In this document: one piece after another, positions 29,828 to 40,171 of the stretch
How the letters are laid out: every line of letters begins with the position of its first letter
Position numbering within the stretch: position 1 is the first letter of the stretch
Assembly: GCA_038145405.1 (NCBI GenBank)
Contig: JAYQPQ010000001.1
Span: 16,532 to 80,531, forward strand
DNA length: 64,000 bases
Source of the DNA: Porticoccaceae bacterium
GTDB taxonomy: Bacteria; Pseudomonadota; Gammaproteobacteria; Pseudomonadales; GM7GCV1
Reading direction: 5' to 3'
Program-made: the position numbers and the translations under genes
Notes under the pieces: generated by a model
Seen by the model: only the letters and a program-made list of their open reading frames with translations
The model's database searches: none
Told to the model about the DNA's origin: nothing

Positions 29828-31253
29828 AAGCAGCCAGGCTGCTGCGCTCGATGCCGCCGATGTGCATCAGGCCGGAACCGCGAAAGCCCTTGAACTTCTC
29901 GACGATGTAGGTGAGCCCCGAGGTGAGCGGTGTAATGTATTTGTTGTCGATCTGCGCCAGGTTACCGAGGATGACGATCTTCGAGTTCTTGCCTACGCGC
30001 GTAATGATGGATTTGAGCTGGAACTGGGTCAGGCCCTGGGCCTCATCGATAATGATGTAGGCGTTGCTGAAGGAGCGGCCGCGCATAAAGTTGAGTGATT
30101 TGAACTGGATATTGGCGCGCTCCTTGACATATTCGATGCTGCCGAACGGCGATTCGTCGTTGCCGTGCAGCACTTCCAGGTTGTCGTCAAAGGCGGCCAG
30201 CCAGGGCGCCATTTTTTCCTCTTCGGTGCCGGGCAAAAAACCGATGTCTTCGGCAATGGGTGGCGTCGAACGCGCCACAATAAGTTTGTTGAAGCGCTTT
30301 TCCTCGAGAATGGCGTGCAGACCATAAGCCAACGCCAGCAGGGTTTTACCCGAGCCAGCTGGACCTACCAAAATATTAAGATCAATATCCTGCTGGCGCA
30401 GCAGATGCAGCGCCATACCCTGCTGCAGATTGCGCGGCGTCAAACCCCAGACGCGCTGCGACAGCAACAAATCGGAATTGAGATCCTGCAAGCGCACGAC
30501 GCTCTCGCTGATCTCGGTAACCCGACCGATAAAACCCTGATCGTCCAGCACAAACTGGTTGGGATAGGGGTCCTCCAGCAAAGTGGCGCTGACTTCGTGG
30601 TAGGTCGCGCGCATTTCCTGAGTGGTCACGACATCCTCGACGCCATCCCAGAAGTTGCCGGCAATGTGGCTGACCCCGGTAGCCAGCAGGTCGATGTCGT
30701 CGAGAATGCGGTCGTTGCGGTAGTCCTCCACATGCTTAAGGCCGGATCCACGCGCCTTAAGGCGCATATTGATGTCCTTGGTGACCAGGCAGACGAAGGC
30801 GGTGGCGTTCTGCTCCTGCAGTTTCAGCGCCACATTGATAATGCGGTTGTCGTTGTCGTGCTGAATATTGGTGCGCAGAAAGCGACTTTCCTCGCTGTGC
30901 TTGATCAGTTGATCGGGGTAGATGGCGAGGGTGCCCGGCAGCGCGCTGGGATGTTCCACAGCGGAGAAAATCTCAACACCCTCCTGAATATCGCGCGTGT
31001 CGGCCTTGGCCAGGATCTTGTCGATATTGGCAATAGCGATACGGGCCTCGCGGCTCACGTCCTTGTCGCGGCGATCCTTGATCTGATCCAACTCCTCGAG
31101 CACGGTCATGGGAATGATGACCTTGTGTTCGGCGAACACGTGAACCGCCATGGGATCGTGCAGTAGCACGTTGGTGTCCAGCACGTAAATCTTGGTCATG
31201 GGTTCGATATCTGGCATAGGGCACACGGCCAACTTATCAAGCTCTAGCTTCAT
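29808..31253 (-). CDS. PhoH2-type protein: N-terminal PIN domain fused to a PhoH ATPase
   Basis: PIN start (YVLDTNVLLHDP) and Walker A (GPAGSGKT) with a PhoH core (IIIDEAQGLT, GNLAQID). The start could instead be M19 (31199). Confidence 0.85.
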   Translation of the reverse strand: MKLELDKLAVCPMPDIEPMTKIYVLDTNVLLHDPMAVHVFAEHKVIIPMTVLEELDQIKDRRDKDVSREARIAIANIDKILAKADTRDIQEGVEIFSAVEHPSALPGTLAIYPDQLIKHSEESRFLRTNIQHDNDNRIINVALKLQEQNATAFVCLVTKDINMRLKARGSGLKHVEDYRNDRILDDIDLLATGVSHIAGNFWDGVEDVVTTQEMRATYHEVSATLLEDPYPNQFVLDDQGFIGRVTEISESVVRLQDLNSDLLLSQRVWGLTPRNLQQGMALHLLRQQDIDLNILVGPAGSGKTLLALAYGLHAILEEKRFNKLIVARSTPPIAEDIGFLPGTEEEKMAPWLAAFDDNLEVLHGNDESPFGSIEYVKERANIQFKSLNFMRGRSFSNAYIIIDEAQGLTQFQLKSIITRVGKNSKIVILGNLAQIDNKYITPLTSGLTYIVEKFKGFRGSGLMHIGGIERSSLAAFAEENL

Positions 31254-31576
31254 TCAGGACTTCCGCAAGGTAGGGGGATGGGAAAGTGACTAGGGTAAGC
31301 AGCTATGCAGGCAAGACCAGCTCTCACGCTTTCTCACCCTGGGCTCCCCGGAGCAGGGAGATTGATCGGATCAATGTCTCAAAAATAGCGGCAAACTCGC
31401 TTTTAACGGGCATACTCCACTAAAGTACGCGTTGAATTGTTAGCCGTCTCGACCACTGCATCTTGCCCTAATTTTCAGCCCAAACTCAAGAGGGCATTGG
31501 GGCCACGGGACGCCGAAGGGAAATGCCGCATCCAGTGAAGAATACGATGCCCAGACATCAGGACCGTCAAGTCGCA

Positions 31577-33691
31577 ATGAATCTGAACCTGCGCCATCGC
31601 CTCACGCTGATCATCCTAGCCTTTTCCCTGGCGCTGTCGCTGTTGCTGTCCATCATCCTGATCTCACTCAGCCGCAGCGACCTGCGCCACATGGCGGAAA
31701 TTCATCAGGCCGCCCTGCTGGACTATGCCGAGGCTCAGATTCTGCAGGACATGGAACTGTCGGCACGCCAACTGCTGGACCATCTTGACGACAACCTGCT
31801 GCCCGACAGCCCGGCGCTGCTGGTCTCATCCGAGTACCCCACCTGCATTACCAACGCCGACGGCCGGGTGCTCTACAAGTCCACCAGCCAGGCATCGACG
31901 GCAAATCTTGTGATGAGCCCGGACGAACGCGCCGAAATGCTCACGCTAGGCATTCTGACGCGCGTTGACCAGGCCAGGTTTGAGGTCGTTCTGCCTGTAG
32001 TGCAACAAGGCGAGCTACGCGGCATGGTCGCCTTGAGCGGCGATCGCCAGAGCATGGTGTCGGCGCTGATTGCCACCCAATCCGAACTGCTGGTGCAGTC
32101 GGATCAACGCGTTCTCCTATACTCCCTGATCGCTCTGGGCGTGGTCACTGGCTTTGTGCTGGTCGCCTTGTTGCTCGGCGACCAGGTGTCGGGTTACCTG
32201 ACCCGTCCAATTTTGAGCTTGCGCGATCATGCCCTGGCCATCGGCAAAAGCCAGTTCGGTCCCACCGAGCGCGTGGTACGCGATGACGAAATCGGTGAAT
32301 TGGCTAAAGCCATCTACAGCATGGCCGACGATCTGGAAATGCAGAATCAGTCGGTCAAGTTTCTCGCCTTCCACGACCCGCTCACGGGACTGGCCAACCG
32401 CGTCAACTTCCAGTCGCAGTTGGAAACCAAACTGCAAGAAGCCGAGGCCAATCGCCAGGTAATTGCCCTGCTCTTTATCGATGTCGACGACTTTAAGGAG
32501 ATTAATGACTCGCGCGGTCACGATGTGGGCGATCGGGCCCTGCGTATGATTGCCGACCGCCTGAGCCGGGCCGTGAACGCCGCTTCGAGCCGATTTGACC
32601 ACCTGCACCTGGCCAGAGTGGACGGCGACGAGTTCACCATTGTGGTTGGCGATCTCAGTCACAACGACCAGGCCGCGCGCCTGGCCGAAGACCTGCTGAA
32701 ACGCATTGCCGAACCCATTGTGGTCGACGAGCAGCTGTTCAACATTTCGGGCAGCATCGGTATCGCCCTCTATCCGCAGGACGGCGAAACCGCCAGCTCT
32801 TTGCTCAATAACGCCGATGCCGCTATGTACCGCAGCAAGAGCCTGGGCAAGGGTACCTATCGCTTTTACGAGCCGGACATGAACAACGAGCTTTACCGTT
32901 CTTCAGTGATCAAATCGGAGTTCAAATCGGCGCTGGCAACACCCAACCAGCTGGAGTTGCGCTACCAGCCACTAATGAATCTCTTCAGCGGCGAGATGAT
33001 CGGTGCCGAAGCCCTGATCCGCTGGCACCACCCACGGCTTGGCCCGTTGCCGCCATACGAATTTATCGCCATCGTCGAACACAACGAAATTGCCCTGCCT
33101 ACCGATCTCTGGGTGCTGGAGCGGGCCCTGCAACTGCTCGACCGGCTCGATCTTGCGGAGTTGCCCGAATTCTCCCTTTCCATCAACATTTCAGCCTCCA
33201 ACCTGGTGCGCAAGCAATTCACCTCATCGATACAGCAGATCGTCGAGAGCAAGGCCCACGTAGTGCAACGGATCAAGCTGGAAATCACCGAAACCTTCCT
33301 GCACAGTGACGAACGTCAGGCGCTCGAGACGCTGCAGTCCCTGCGCAGCATGGGCTTTGCCGTCTGGCTGGACGATTTCGGTACTGGCTACAGCTCCCTG
33401 AACCACCTCAAGACTTTCCCGGTAGAGGGCATCAAGATCGACCAGAGTTTTATTTCCAATCTGCCCAACTCGTCCAACGACCAACGCATGGTCTCGGCTC
33501 TGCTGGGCCTGGCGCACGCCTTCTCGGTGTATGTCATCGCCGAGGGCATCGACAATCAGCGCAGCCTGGAATTCCTGCGCGCCCACGGCTGCCGCATGGG
33601 CCAGGGCATGCTGCTGGGCGAGCCCATGACGGAGGCCGAACTGCGCGTTGCCGTGCAGCGACTGAAGGCGCCACCCTCGCCAAAACAATAA
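31577..33691 (+). CDS. Membrane sensor with HAMP, GGDEF-type and EAL domains (c-di-GMP turnover)
   Basis: Two TM segments flank a periplasmic region, followed by a HAMP domain. The GGDEF position reads DGDEF (RVDGDEF). EAL motifs are intact (GAEALIRW, DDFGTGYSSL, KIDQSF, EGID, QGMLLGEP). Start set at MNLNLRH (31577). Confidence 0.88.
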   Translation: MNLNLRHRLTLIILAFSLALSLLLSIILISLSRSDLRHMAEIHQAALLDYAEAQILQDMELSARQLLDHLDDNLLPDSPALLVSSEYPTCITNADGRVLYKSTSQASTANLVMSPDERAEMLTLGILTRVDQARFEVVLPVVQQGELRGMVALSGDRQSMVSALIATQSELLVQSDQRVLLYSLIALGVVTGFVLVALLLGDQVSGYLTRPILSLRDHALAIGKSQFGPTERVVRDDEIGELAKAIYSMADDLEMQNQSVKFLAFHDPLTGLANRVNFQSQLETKLQEAEANRQVIALLFIDVDDFKEINDSRGHDVGDRALRMIADRLSRAVNAASSRFDHLHLARVDGDEFTIVVGDLSHNDQAARLAEDLLKRIAEPIVVDEQLFNISGSIGIALYPQDGETASSLLNNADAAMYRSKSLGKGTYRFYEPDMNNELYRSSVIKSEFKSALATPNQLELRYQPLMNLFSGEMIGAEALIRWHHPRLGPLPPYEFIAIVEHNEIALPTDLWVLERALQLLDRLDLAELPEFSLSINISASNLVRKQFTSSIQQIVESKAHVVQRIKLEITETFLHSDERQALETLQSLRSMGFAVWLDDFGTGYSSLNHLKTFPVEGIKIDQSFISNLPNSSNDQRMVSALLGLAHAFSVYVIAEGIDNQRSLEFLRAHGCRMGQGMLLGEPMTEAELRVAVQRLKAPPSPKQ

Positions 33692-33743
33692 TTTTGGTAA
33701 TTTTTCACACGGCAGCGCAGGCGCCGCCTTAGAATGCGCTCCC

Positions 33744-34895
33744 ATGACCAAGCTTAGCCTTAAACGACATCTCCCTATCGGCATCGCCCTGGGCGCCGTG
33801 GTTCTCTCGGTGCTTATCATCAGTTCGCGTCCGGCCCCCGAACAACGCCCTCCCGAGCGCCCGCCGGCGAGCAGTGTGGCGGCCCTGTCCGTGGCTACCT
33901 CGAGCAATCGGCCGCGGGTGGAAACCCAGGGTTCGGTACAGGTGCGCCATGCGGTGGATCTGGTATCGCGGGTATCCGGCCTGATCGAATCGGTGACCCC
34001 GGGCTTCGCCGCTGGCCATCCTTTTGCGCAGGGTGATCTGCTGCTGCGCATCGAACAGCAGGACTTCCGCAATGCCTTGGTTCAGGCCCAGGCCGAACTC
34101 GCCAATGCCGAACAGCTGTTGGCCCAGGAACGTGCGCAGGCCGAGCAGGCACGTCGGGAATGGCGCGACCTCGGCAGTGCCGAAGCGAACCGTCTCTTTC
34201 TTCGCGAGCCGCAACTGGAGTCCGCGCTAGCACGCCATGCGGCGGCTCAGGCTTCCGTCGCCCAGGCCGAGCTCAACCTGCAGCGCACCGAAATTCGCGC
34301 CCCCTTCGACGGTCAGATAGAAAATATCGCGGCTGGTTTGGGGCAATATGTGTCTCCGGGCACACCCCTGGCTTCCATTCGCTCTACGCAGGAACTGGAG
34401 GTACAGGTCTCCCTGACGGCAGAACAGCTGCGCGCCCTGGGCTGGTCAGCCTGGATCGGCCAGTCGCTTGAGAACCCAACAACTGCCAGCCTTAACTGGA
34501 TGGGCGCTGCCGGCGAAGCTCAGGCCGGCGGCGTACTGCGCAGCATCGGCGGCGTGATCCAGTCCAATACGCAGCTCTACCCGGTCTATATCGACCTGCT
34601 GGCGGCGGACAACCCCAAGGGCCTGCCGGTGGCAGGCCAATTCGTTAATCTGGTGCTGGAAGGCGTCGAAAAACCCGACACACTCTGGGTACCGCGCACG
34701 GCGCTGTTCGAACGCAGCAAGGTGTTGCTGGTGGTTGATGGCCTACTGCAGGTTGAGCAGATCGAGGTGTTGGCACAGACCGCTGACCAGGCTCTGGTCG
34801 CCGGCCTGCAGGATGGACAGGTTCTGGTACTGCAGCGCCCGCTCTGGATTTTGCCCGGTCAAGCCGTCACTCCCCAGTTCGCTGCAGCTCCATGA
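33744..34895 (+). CDS. RND efflux periplasmic adaptor (membrane fusion protein)
   Basis: N-terminal TM anchor, a coiled-coil hairpin (QAQAELANAEQLLAQERAQAEQARREW) and a beta-barrel C-terminus. ATGA-type overlap with the RND gene. Confidence 0.85.
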   Translation: MTKLSLKRHLPIGIALGAVVLSVLIISSRPAPEQRPPERPPASSVAALSVATSSNRPRVETQGSVQVRHAVDLVSRVSGLIESVTPGFAAGHPFAQGDLLLRIEQQDFRNALVQAQAELANAEQLLAQERAQAEQARREWRDLGSAEANRLFLREPQLESALARHAAAQASVAQAELNLQRTEIRAPFDGQIENIAAGLGQYVSPGTPLASIRSTQELEVQVSLTAEQLRALGWSAWIGQSLENPTTASLNWMGAAGEAQAGGVLRSIGGVIQSNTQLYPVYIDLLAADNPKGLPVAGQFVNLVLEGVEKPDTLWVPRTALFERSKVLLVVDGLLQVEQIEVLAQTADQALVAGLQDGQVLVLQRPLWILPGQAVTPQFAAAP

Positions 34896-37800
34896 AATCA
34901 CTGGTCAACTGGTTCGCAGCCAATCCCATCGCTGCCAACCTGCTGATGGGCTTTCTGCTCATCGGCGGCCTTAGCGGCCTTAGCAGCATCGACAAGGAAA
35001 CTTTCCCGGTTATCCGGCAGGATCTGGTGCGGGTCAGCGTCTCCTACCCGGGCGCTTCGCCGCGCGAAGTGGTGCAGCAAATCTGCATGCGCATCGAGGA
35101 GTCCCTGGAGGGCTTGGAGGGTATTCAGGAGCTGCGCTGCCGCGCCAATCAGGGCAGCGGCAGTGCCGAGATTGAGGTCGCTCCGGACTTTCCGGTCGAC
35201 CGCATGTTGAACGCGGTGAAGTCTCGCGTCGACTCCATCCTGACCTTTCCGGTCGAAGCCGAACGCCCCATCGTGCAGGAGGTACTGACTTCGCAGTCGG
35301 CAATCAGCGTCGCCATCTATGGTGATATCGACGAGCGCTCCCTGAAAGAACTGGCCGAGTCGCTTAAGGATGAACTCGCGACCCTGCCCGACGTACCCCT
35401 GGTGACTGTTCAGGGAACGCGCAATTACGAGGTGGCGGTCGAAGTTCCGGAGGCTCGCCTACGCCAGTACGGGATCAGTCTGGCCAGCGTGGCCGATGCC
35501 ATCAACAGTCACTCCCGCACCATAGCCGGCGGCCTGATCCGCGCCCCCAGCGGCGATATTCAGATTCAGTTGCGCCAGCAGGCCTATGTGGAATCCGATT
35601 TTGCCCGCATCCCGGTGATCAGCAACCCCGACGGCAGTCAGGTGTTGCTGTCCGATATCGCCGAGATTCGCGACGGATTTGTCGAGGACGAATCACTGGC
35701 GCGCTTCAACGGCAAACCTGCTGTGTTCCTCAACGTCACCATTACCGACAATCCCAATATCCTGGCGACCACACAGAGGGTGCGCGACTTTGTTGCCAGC
35801 AAGGCAGCCGAGCTGCCCGACAGCGTGCAACTGGCGACCTGGAACGACGCTTCGGTGTTCTTCAACGACCGACTCAGCACCCTGCGCAACAATGGCATTG
35901 CCGGCCTGTTGCTGGTGTTTGGCTTGCTGCTGCTGTTTTTGCGTCCGGCGCTGGCACTTTGGGTAGCCGTCGGCATCGCTGTGTCCTTTCTCGGCACCCT
36001 GCTGGTGATGCCGCTAGTCGGCGCCTCCATCAACATGATCACCATGTTTGCCTTTATTCTGGTGCTGGGCATCGTGGTGGACGACGCCATCATCATCGGC
36101 GAGAACATTCATCGCACCCATACCCGCCGGGGCATCTACGGTGTGCTCGGGTCGCAAGTCGGCGCCAACGAAATGGCCAAGCCGGTATTCTTCGCCGTGG
36201 CCACCAGTATCGTAGTCTTTGTGCCGCTGTTTTATCTGCCAGGCGATTTCGCCCGCTTTATGGCACCCATTGCTACCATCCCCATTCTGGCTTTGTCCTT
36301 TTCACTGCTGGAATCACTGCTGATCCTGCCGGCGCACCTGGCGCACCTGGGGCCGGAGAAATCCCACCAACGCTTCGCCAAGCTGCAGCATTTGCGCCAG
36401 CGCATTGCGCGCAGCCTGGATATCTTTCTGGTGCTCAAATACCGGCCCCTCCTGCGCCGGTGCCTGCACCACCGCGCCCTGACCGTGTCGATTTTCTTCG
36501 CCGTCTTCCTGCTGGTTTTCGCTACCTACGCTGCCGGCTGGGTGCGCTCCGCCCTGCTGCCCAATGTGCCGGTGGAAGCCATTCGCGCCAGTACCACCCT
36601 GCCTGCCGGCACGCCCTTTGTCGAACTGGAAGCCGTCGCCAGCCACCTGCAGCAGGCCGCCAGCGAGGCCGCCGGCGAACTGGAAAACCAGTACGGCGAG
36701 AACGTCATCGAGAACCTCTTTGTGTCGGCCTCGGGTAGTCAGGTGCAGGCGGTGGCGGAATTGACTTCGCCAGAGGTGCGACGCAGCTCCTCAGCTGAAT
36801 TTGTCGCCGCCTGGGAACGACACATTGGTGAACTGCCGCAGGCCGAAGATTTCAGTGTGCTGGGCAATATTTCCTTCGGCGGCCAGGCCGACCTCGAGCT
36901 CAAACTAGACGCCCCGGAAATCAGCCAGCTGGAAGTCGCCGCCGACTGGGTCAAACAGCGCCTGGCAACCTACCCCGGCATCTACAACATTCGCGACAGC
37001 CTGGCGCAGGGTCGGCCAGAGATGGTGGTCAACACCTCGCCCCTGGCCGACAACCTTGGCGTGGCCCCCGGCACGCTGGCGCGCCAGCTGCGCCAGGTAT
37101 TCTTTGGCGAAGAAGTTCAGCGCATTCCTCGTCTGCGCGAAGATGTACGGGTGATGGTTCGCTACCCACGCGAGGAGCGCAACGATCCGCAGGTGCTGGA
37201 GCAGCTACGCATTCGCACGGGTGATGGGCGGGAAGTGCCCTTTAATGTGGTGGCAGATACCGATTTTGTCGAAGGCTACGCAGCCATTAATCGCATCGAC
37301 CGGCGCACCACCTTGTCGGTCACCGCCAACTACGAAACTGAAGGTCCGCAAACCGCGGCCGAGGTAGTGCAATCCTTCTTTGACAATGACTACGCCGAGT
37401 TCCGCAGCCTGTTCCCGCGCGTGCAACTCAGCCTCGAGGGCGCCCAGCAGGAAAATGCCGAATTTGTTTCATCCATACTGCGCTTCGGCTTCCTTGCCCT
37501 GCTGGTGATCTATGGCCTGCTGGCCATTCAGTTCAATTCCTGGTGGCAGCCGCTGATGATTCTCACGGCTATTCCCTTCGCCTTTACCGGCACCATCCTG
37601 GCCCATGCCTTTACCGGTCAGGTCATCAGCCTGCTGTCCTTTATGGGCGTGCTGGCTGCTGCTGGCGTGGTGGTAAATGACACCCTGGTGATGATTGACC
37701 GCACCAATGTCCTGCGCGCCCTGGGCTTTTCGCGCAACCATGCACTGGTGCAGGCCGGTCGCGATCGCTTCCGCCCTATCTTCCTGACATCACTGACCAC

Positions 37801-38014
37801 ATTCGCCGGACTGGCACCGCTGATGCTGGAGAAAAGTACCCAGGCACAGTTTCTTATTCCCATGGCAACCGCCCTGGCTTACGGGGTAATGGCGGCAACC
37901 GTGGTGACCCTGGTCATGATCCCCTGCCTCTATTCGCTGGGCGAGGATATGAAAACGCGCCTGGGCGGCGCGCTACGAAGGAGGCTGGGATGGCGCGATC
38001 AGGTCGCGCACTAG
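34892..38014 (+). CDS. RND efflux transporter permease (AcrB/HAE family)
   Basis: 1040 aa with 12-TM RND architecture and two large periplasmic loops. No outer-membrane factor gene in the cluster. Confidence 0.92.
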   Translation: MKSLVNWFAANPIAANLLMGFLLIGGLSGLSSIDKETFPVIRQDLVRVSVSYPGASPREVVQQICMRIEESLEGLEGIQELRCRANQGSGSAEIEVAPDFPVDRMLNAVKSRVDSILTFPVEAERPIVQEVLTSQSAISVAIYGDIDERSLKELAESLKDELATLPDVPLVTVQGTRNYEVAVEVPEARLRQYGISLASVADAINSHSRTIAGGLIRAPSGDIQIQLRQQAYVESDFARIPVISNPDGSQVLLSDIAEIRDGFVEDESLARFNGKPAVFLNVTITDNPNILATTQRVRDFVASKAAELPDSVQLATWNDASVFFNDRLSTLRNNGIAGLLLVFGLLLLFLRPALALWVAVGIAVSFLGTLLVMPLVGASINMITMFAFILVLGIVVDDAIIIGENIHRTHTRRGIYGVLGSQVGANEMAKPVFFAVATSIVVFVPLFYLPGDFARFMAPIATIPILALSFSLLESLLILPAHLAHLGPEKSHQRFAKLQHLRQRIARSLDIFLVLKYRPLLRRCLHHRALTVSIFFAVFLLVFATYAAGWVRSALLPNVPVEAIRASTTLPAGTPFVELEAVASHLQQAASEAAGELENQYGENVIENLFVSASGSQVQAVAELTSPEVRRSSSAEFVAAWERHIGELPQAEDFSVLGNISFGGQADLELKLDAPEISQLEVAADWVKQRLATYPGIYNIRDSLAQGRPEMVVNTSPLADNLGVAPGTLARQLRQVFFGEEVQRIPRLREDVRVMVRYPREERNDPQVLEQLRIRTGDGREVPFNVVADTDFVEGYAAINRIDRRTTLSVTANYETEGPQTAAEVVQSFFDNDYAEFRSLFPRVQLSLEGAQQENAEFVSSILRFGFLALLVIYGLLAIQFNSWWQPLMILTAIPFAFTGTILAHAFTGQVISLLSFMGVLAAAGVVVNDTLVMIDRTNVLRALGFSRNHALVQAGRDRFRPIFLTSLTTFAGLAPLMLEKSTQAQFLIPMATALAYGVMAATVVTLVMIPCLYSLGEDMKTRLGGALRRRLGWRDQVAH

Positions 38015-38033
38015 GGAGCCTCTCGACTCCCTG

Positions 38034-39680
38034 CTAGAGCTGGGGCCCGGCGCTGACCAGCTCGGCACCCTCGGCGGTATCGGTGAACTTGACGAAGTTG
38101 TCGATAAAGAGTTTCGCCAGCTTCTCCGCCTTGGCGGTCCACTCGGCCGCATCGGCGTAGGTGTTGCGCGGATCGAGAATATTTCCTTCCACGCCCGGCA
38201 GAGCGGTCGGAATATCCAGATTGAACAAGGGCAGCGTGATGCCTTCGGCCTGCTCGATTGATCCGTCCAAAATGGCGTCGATGATGGCGCGCGTCGCCTT
38301 CAGCGAAATGCGCTTACCGGTACCGTTCCATCCCGTGTTGATCATGTAAGCGGTCGCACCGGCTGCCTGCATACGCTTAACCAGCACCTCGGCATACTGG
38401 GTCGGGTGCAGCGACAGGAAGGCCGCGCCGAAGCATGATGAGAAGGTCGGCGTCGGCTCGGTAATGCCGCGCTCCGTGCCAGCGAGCTTGGCGGTAAAGC
38501 CGGACAGGAAGTGGTACTGGGCCTGTTCCGGGGTCAGTCGCGCTACCGGAGGCAGTACGCCAAAGGCATCGGCCGTGAGGAAAATAACCTTTTTGGCATG
38601 CCCGGCCTTGGAGACTGGCTTGACGATATTGTCGATGTGATAGATGGGGTAGGAAACGCGGGTATTTTCGGTTTTGGAGCGGTCGCTGAAGTCCAGCCTG
38701 CCGTTGGCGTCGATGGTGACGTTCTCCAGCAGGGCATCCTTGCGAATCGCGCGGTAAATATCCGGTTCCTTCTCGGCGTCGAGATCGATGGTCTTGGCGT
38801 AGCAGCCCCCTTCGAAGTTGAACACGCCGTCGTCGTCCCAGCCGTGCTCGTCATCGCCGATCAGGGCGCGCTTGGGGTCGGCCGACAACGTGGTTTTGCC
38901 AGTGCCCGACAGGCCGAAGAAAATGGCCACATCGCCCTTTTCGCCGACGTTAGCCGAGCAGTGCATGGAGGCAATGCCCTTGAGCGGCAGCAGGTAGTTC
39001 ATCATCGAGAACATGCCCTTCTTCATCTCGCCGCCATACCAGGTGCCGCCGATCAGCTGCATGCGCTCGGTCAGGTTGAAGGCGATAAAGGTCTCGGAAT
39101 TCATGCCGTGGCGCTGAAAATTCTTGTTGCTGGTCTTGGAGGCATTGACCACCACAAAATCCGGCTCAAAGTTTTCCAACTGCCCATCGGTCGGACGAAT
39201 GAACATATTCTTGACGAAATGCGCCTGCCAGGCCACTTCCATAATAAAGCGCACCTTCAGGCAGGTTTCCATGTTGGCGCCGCAGTAGCCATCCACCACG
39301 TAAAGCTTTTTCCCCGACAACTGCTCGGCCACGGTTTGCTTGAGCTCGGACCAGACTTCCGTGGAAATGGGCTTGTTGTCGTTCTTGGCTCCGCGCGTGC
39401 CGTTCCACCAGAAGGTGTCTCTGGAGGTATCGTCCATGACGATGTACTTGTCCTTGGGTGAGCGGCCGGTGTACTCGCCGGTGAAGACATTGACTGCGCC
39501 CAGGTCGGACAGATAGCCCTTCTCAAAGCCCTGCAGCGAGGGATCCAGCTCGGCGGCATAAAGCTCGTCGTAGCTGGGGTTATAGATGACTTGTGCCGGC
39601 TCGTGAATGCCGAGCCCGGCGAGGAATTGGGTGACCTTATCGATATTCATCTCGGTATCTGCTTTAACGGGGTTGAGCAT
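38034..39680 (-). CDS. pckA: Phosphoenolpyruvate carboxykinase (ATP)
   Basis: [20 protein letters not shown] and the kinase-1a loop [11 protein letters not shown]. The start may be M11 (39650). Confidence 0.92.
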   Translation of the reverse strand: MLNPVKADTEMNIDKVTQFLAGLGIHEPAQVIYNPSYDELYAAELDPSLQGFEKGYLSDLGAVNVFTGEYTGRSPKDKYIVMDDTSRDTFWWNGTRGAKNDNKPISTEVWSELKQTVAEQLSGKKLYVVDGYCGANMETCLKVRFIMEVAWQAHFVKNMFIRPTDGQLENFEPDFVVVNASKTSNKNFQRHGMNSETFIAFNLTERMQLIGGTWYGGEMKKGMFSMMNYLLPLKGIASMHCSANVGEKGDVAIFFGLSGTGKTTLSADPKRALIGDDEHGWDDDGVFNFEGGCYAKTIDLDAEKEPDIYRAIRKDALLENVTIDANGRLDFSDRSKTENTRVSYPIYHIDNIVKPVSKAGHAKKVIFLTADAFGVLPPVARLTPEQAQYHFLSGFTAKLAGTERGITEPTPTFSSCFGAAFLSLHPTQYAEVLVKRMQAAGATAYMINTGWNGTGKRISLKATRAIIDAILDGSIEQAEGITLPLFNLDIPTALPGVEGNILDPRNTYADAAEWTAKAEKLAKLFIDNFVKFTDTAEGAELVSAGPQL

Positions 39681-39784
39681 CTTGATCGGATCCGGATTTG
39701 CAGTGCTTTAAGGGTCGCGCATTATGCCAGAAAGATGCCATTCCCGGAACCAGACTATGGCCCCGATTTACAATTCCTAAAACG

Positions 39785-40171
39785 CTAATCCGGCCCGCGG
39801 CGCTTGAGGCCGCTGAGCTGGCGCCGCTGGTCCCGATCGGGGCGTTTGGGTGGTGGCGTCCAGCCGGCCCGTTCCGCGCGTTTCAGGGCACGTTGGTGCT
39901 CCCGTTTCTGCAGGCTCTCGGGCGCCTCCCGATACAGTTGGACCGCCTGACTAGCAGGACCGCGCTGCTCGCTCAGCGCCAACACCTGCACCAGACGCAC
40001 TTCGTCGCCCTGACGAATCTCCAGCTGCATCCCCACCTGAATCTCCCGGCTGGCCTTGGCGCGCAAGCCTGCAACGCGGATATGCCCCTTTTCCAGCGCT
40101 TGCTTGGCCAGGGCGCGGGTGCGAAAGAAGCGCGCCGCCCACAGCCACTTGTCGAGCCTAAGGCTGTCCAT
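39785..40171 (-). CDS. hslR: Ribosome-associated heat shock protein Hsp15 (S4 domain)
   Basis: MDSLRLDKWLWAARFFRTRALAKQALEKGHIRV is a typical Hsp15 N-terminus. Start set at ATG 40171. yrfG-hslR synteny as in E. coli. Confidence 0.85.
   Translation of the reverse strand: MDSLRLDKWLWAARFFRTRALAKQALEKGHIRVAGLRAKASREIQVGMQLEIRQGDEVRLVQVLALSEQRGPASQAVQLYREAPESLQKREHQRALKRAERAGWTPPPKRPDRDQRRQLSGLKRRGPD

Noticed and set aside
35959-36738. A 259-aa ORF in an alternative plus frame inside the RND permease gene.
   Set aside because: Its composition is Arg/Pro/Ala/Gly-rich and it overlaps a well-supported 1040-aa RND frame, so it is a GC-rich frame artefact.
39681-39784. Missing hslO between hslR and pckA (E. 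coli order is yrfG-hslR-hslO...pckA).
   Set aside because: Only about 100 bp separate the genes and no hslO remnant is readable. This is simple lineage-specific gene order, not a feature.
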